Source: Magallana gigas (lineage: Eukaryota). Taken from it: DNA of 64,000 nt. Of this stretch, positions 61,851 to 64,000 are shown in pieces (the first letter of the stretch is position 1; every line of letters starts with the position of its first letter). The stretch is taken from the NCBI RefSeq assembly GCF_963853765.1, contig NC_088854.1:12648001-12712000 (forward strand), read 5' to 3'. The position numbers and the translations under genes were made by a program. Under the pieces are notes generated by a model. That model had not been told where the DNA came from. It was given only the letters and a program-made list of their open reading frames with translations, and made no database searches.

Positions 61851-63162
61851 GTGTTCCTACCAAAGATGTCCTAAATCAAATAAGAGCAGAAGAAAGACAG
61901 TACGAGAAAATAAGCGAATGTGGTATTCGAGAAATATATGCAGTAAAAAGAACATTAGAGATTATAGATATAGTCGCTAAACCAGTCAATGGCTATATTA
62001 AATTCATCGGTTTTGAACCATTTTTTGTGATAAATTTTTGCGCCGAACAAATAAACTTGTTTCGGGACGCTTGCAGACAAGATGATTGCTACTTGTACTT
62101 TGATGCAACAGGTTTATCTATGAAAAGACCGATGGATCAACCCAAACGACTTTACATGAATTGTCTTGTTCTCCAAACTAGGCGACACAGGGGAGGAATT
62201 CGAGTTGCAGAGATGCTGACAAATGACCATACAACTCCATCAATCACCAATTTTCTTTTGCGCATAAGACATGCAATTACCACAGGCAGTCTTTATCGAG
62301 CCCCAAGAAATATTGAGACTGATTTTAGCTTTGCCATGATTAATGCTGCATGCCGGGCTCTTAATTCTTGCAGTTTGGTTAATTATTTAATAGATTGTTG
62401 GAACAGCATAACTTCATCCATGTATATGTCATCAAGATGCACTGTTCTGCACATCTGCGCTGCGCACATGGTAAAAAAATCTTTCAAAATCTAATTGTTC
62501 AATCCACAAATATAAAGGATGTAAGAAAATTTTGGTTGTATGTATTGGCAAGACTGCAGACTTCAACTCCATTAGAGATTGCGTCACAATTAGTCGAAGA
62601 TCTTTCAACAATATCAAAGAGAAGGTCCTTCCGACATGACATTATCGAATTAGGACTGGAAAGGAGTAACCAAAATACAATCCAAAACCTTTTATTTGAT
62701 TGGGAACATGGAACATCGTCCCGTTGTCCGGTAAGATGCGGTGGCAATACAGAAACGATTCAACACTTTGAATCGATACCTGTATTATTATTTGTATCAG
62801 TTGACTTGGCGTCTGCTGTAGACAGACTGATAATCAGTTCCTTAGAAGATCCCATCAACGTTATTGACCAGCAGTACGATTTGTATGCAGCAACTCTGAA
62901 TAGATATGGCCACTTCTGTTTGTTGATGAGGTCTAAATCCGATGAGCCATGGTATTGTTATGATGGTCTTCGAAATAAAAACAGATTTGTAAAACTTGAA
63001 CGTTTTAGATGTAGATCAAATGAAACAGTTGTCCATTAATATATGTCAAAAGTTAGAGCAACTGAGAGAATCAGTTTTCAGGTTTTACCTAAAATGACAG
63101 GCATCGATAGAATTGATAGAAAAGAAATGGATTTTTATTTGATGACTTGGAAATTTCTGTAA
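61851..63162 (+). pseudogene. NOF-FB-like Mutator (MULE) transposase with USP-like C-terminal region; frameshifted and apparently internally deleted
   Basis: Acceptor TAATTTTCAG ending at 61850; open frame GVPTKDVLNQIRAEE...YLYFDATG (D at 62102)...VAEMLTNDH...IETDFSFAMINA (D at 62321)...LHICAAH (CxxH at 62456-62467). A -1 shift in the A7 run at 62473-62479 continues to YDLYAATLNRYGHF...WYCYDG. Stop at 63037-63039; frame continues to TAA at 63160-63162; AATAAA at ~63193. Confidence 0.75.
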
Positions 63163-63798
63163 TCAAGTTTTGATCAAATACGTTCATTTATAAATAAAAC
63201 AGAACTGACAACATGTAAATACATTTTTGTGACGTAGCAATATGTCTGTTCTTTTCTTTATTAGGCATATCAAATGATCTAGTTTATATAAGTTGGATAA
63301 ATAGATCACAAGCATAGATCTGTTTTGTTTATCTATTTTGGCTAGGAAGCTCTGATATGTTTGACCAAAGATTTTCGGTACACTGTCAACGTCAATCCAT
63401 TCTTTATTTGAATGCGTACGTTTTTTGAACTCGTTGTTTATTCATTGTAACTTAGTCTTTGGTTGGCTGGTTGTTTATTATGCTAGTCATTTTATTCATT
63501 TGTATGTGCATAATGATTAGTGCTAAGTCCTGTGTATCATAATACTTGCTTTCTCGTTATGAATTTTAGGTCTATTGGCTCTTTTTCTGGACTTCGTACA
63601 TTATATATGTAATAAACACCACATGATATCCTTATATGATAGAGGTGTATTTCATAGTAGGAACAGGAATTCAAGAAATAAACCAAGTTTTGTCTTTGAA
63701 ACGAAGTAACTTGAATAAACATCAAAACCCAATGTTGTAAAGTGACACATGTTTTTTTTAGAAAATGTTGTAAAGATATATATACAATACAGCTAACT

Positions 63799-63837
63799 TT
63801 TCTTTCATTTCCTTGCCAGTTACTAGTAGCTAGCTTT
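63799..63837 (-). repeat. Inverted copy of the left modular arm (right arm of putative Foldback-like element)
   Basis: GCCAGTTACTAGTAGCTAGCTTT (63815-63837) is the exact reverse complement of 59513-59535. Confidence 0.8.
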
Positions 63838-64000
63838 ACCTATCTGTTCAGGGCCATACTTTTTATGTTTTGTATGTAGGGGGTCAGATGATACATTATA
63901 AGTTGCATAATATTTTGAAAATGTATCAGCGGTGTTTTTGTAGTCCCGTCTGACCCCCTCAATATTTACTGGGTTTTTTTTTTTTTTTACATCTTTGCCA

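Overview
AT-rich (roughly one-third GC) eukaryotic genomic DNA with two N gaps. The repeat families (Helentron-associated HINE-type ends with GTCC/GACC microsatellites, TTAA-flanked Kolobok-type TIR elements, Penelope-like remnants) suggest a bivalve, probably an oyster; this is inferred from repeat style and was not searched. The only intact host genes I can build are three same-strand paralogous ankyrin-repeat genes: A 13120-14277 (247 aa), B 19141-21528 (273 aa) and C 51326-53261 (273 aa). They share a four-coding-exon, all-phase-1 architecture, five ANK repeats and a conserved post-ANK motif, but have unrelated N-terminal tails. The rest is largely mobile-element material: a DIRS/Ngaro gag relic, a 5'-truncated L1/Tx1 LINE with a 16-bp TSD, a full-length but dead Tc1 (DD34E), two Kolobok-type TTAA elements, HINEs carrying satellite-like arrays, a Penelope-like RT remnant, a non-autonomous mariner and several palindromes. 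The most unusual structure is at 59.4-63.8 kb: a Foldback/NOF-like element whose modular inverted arms enclose a spliced Mutator-type transposase fused to a USP-like (cysteine protease His-box) C-terminus. No CRISPR, rRNA or tRNA is supportable.
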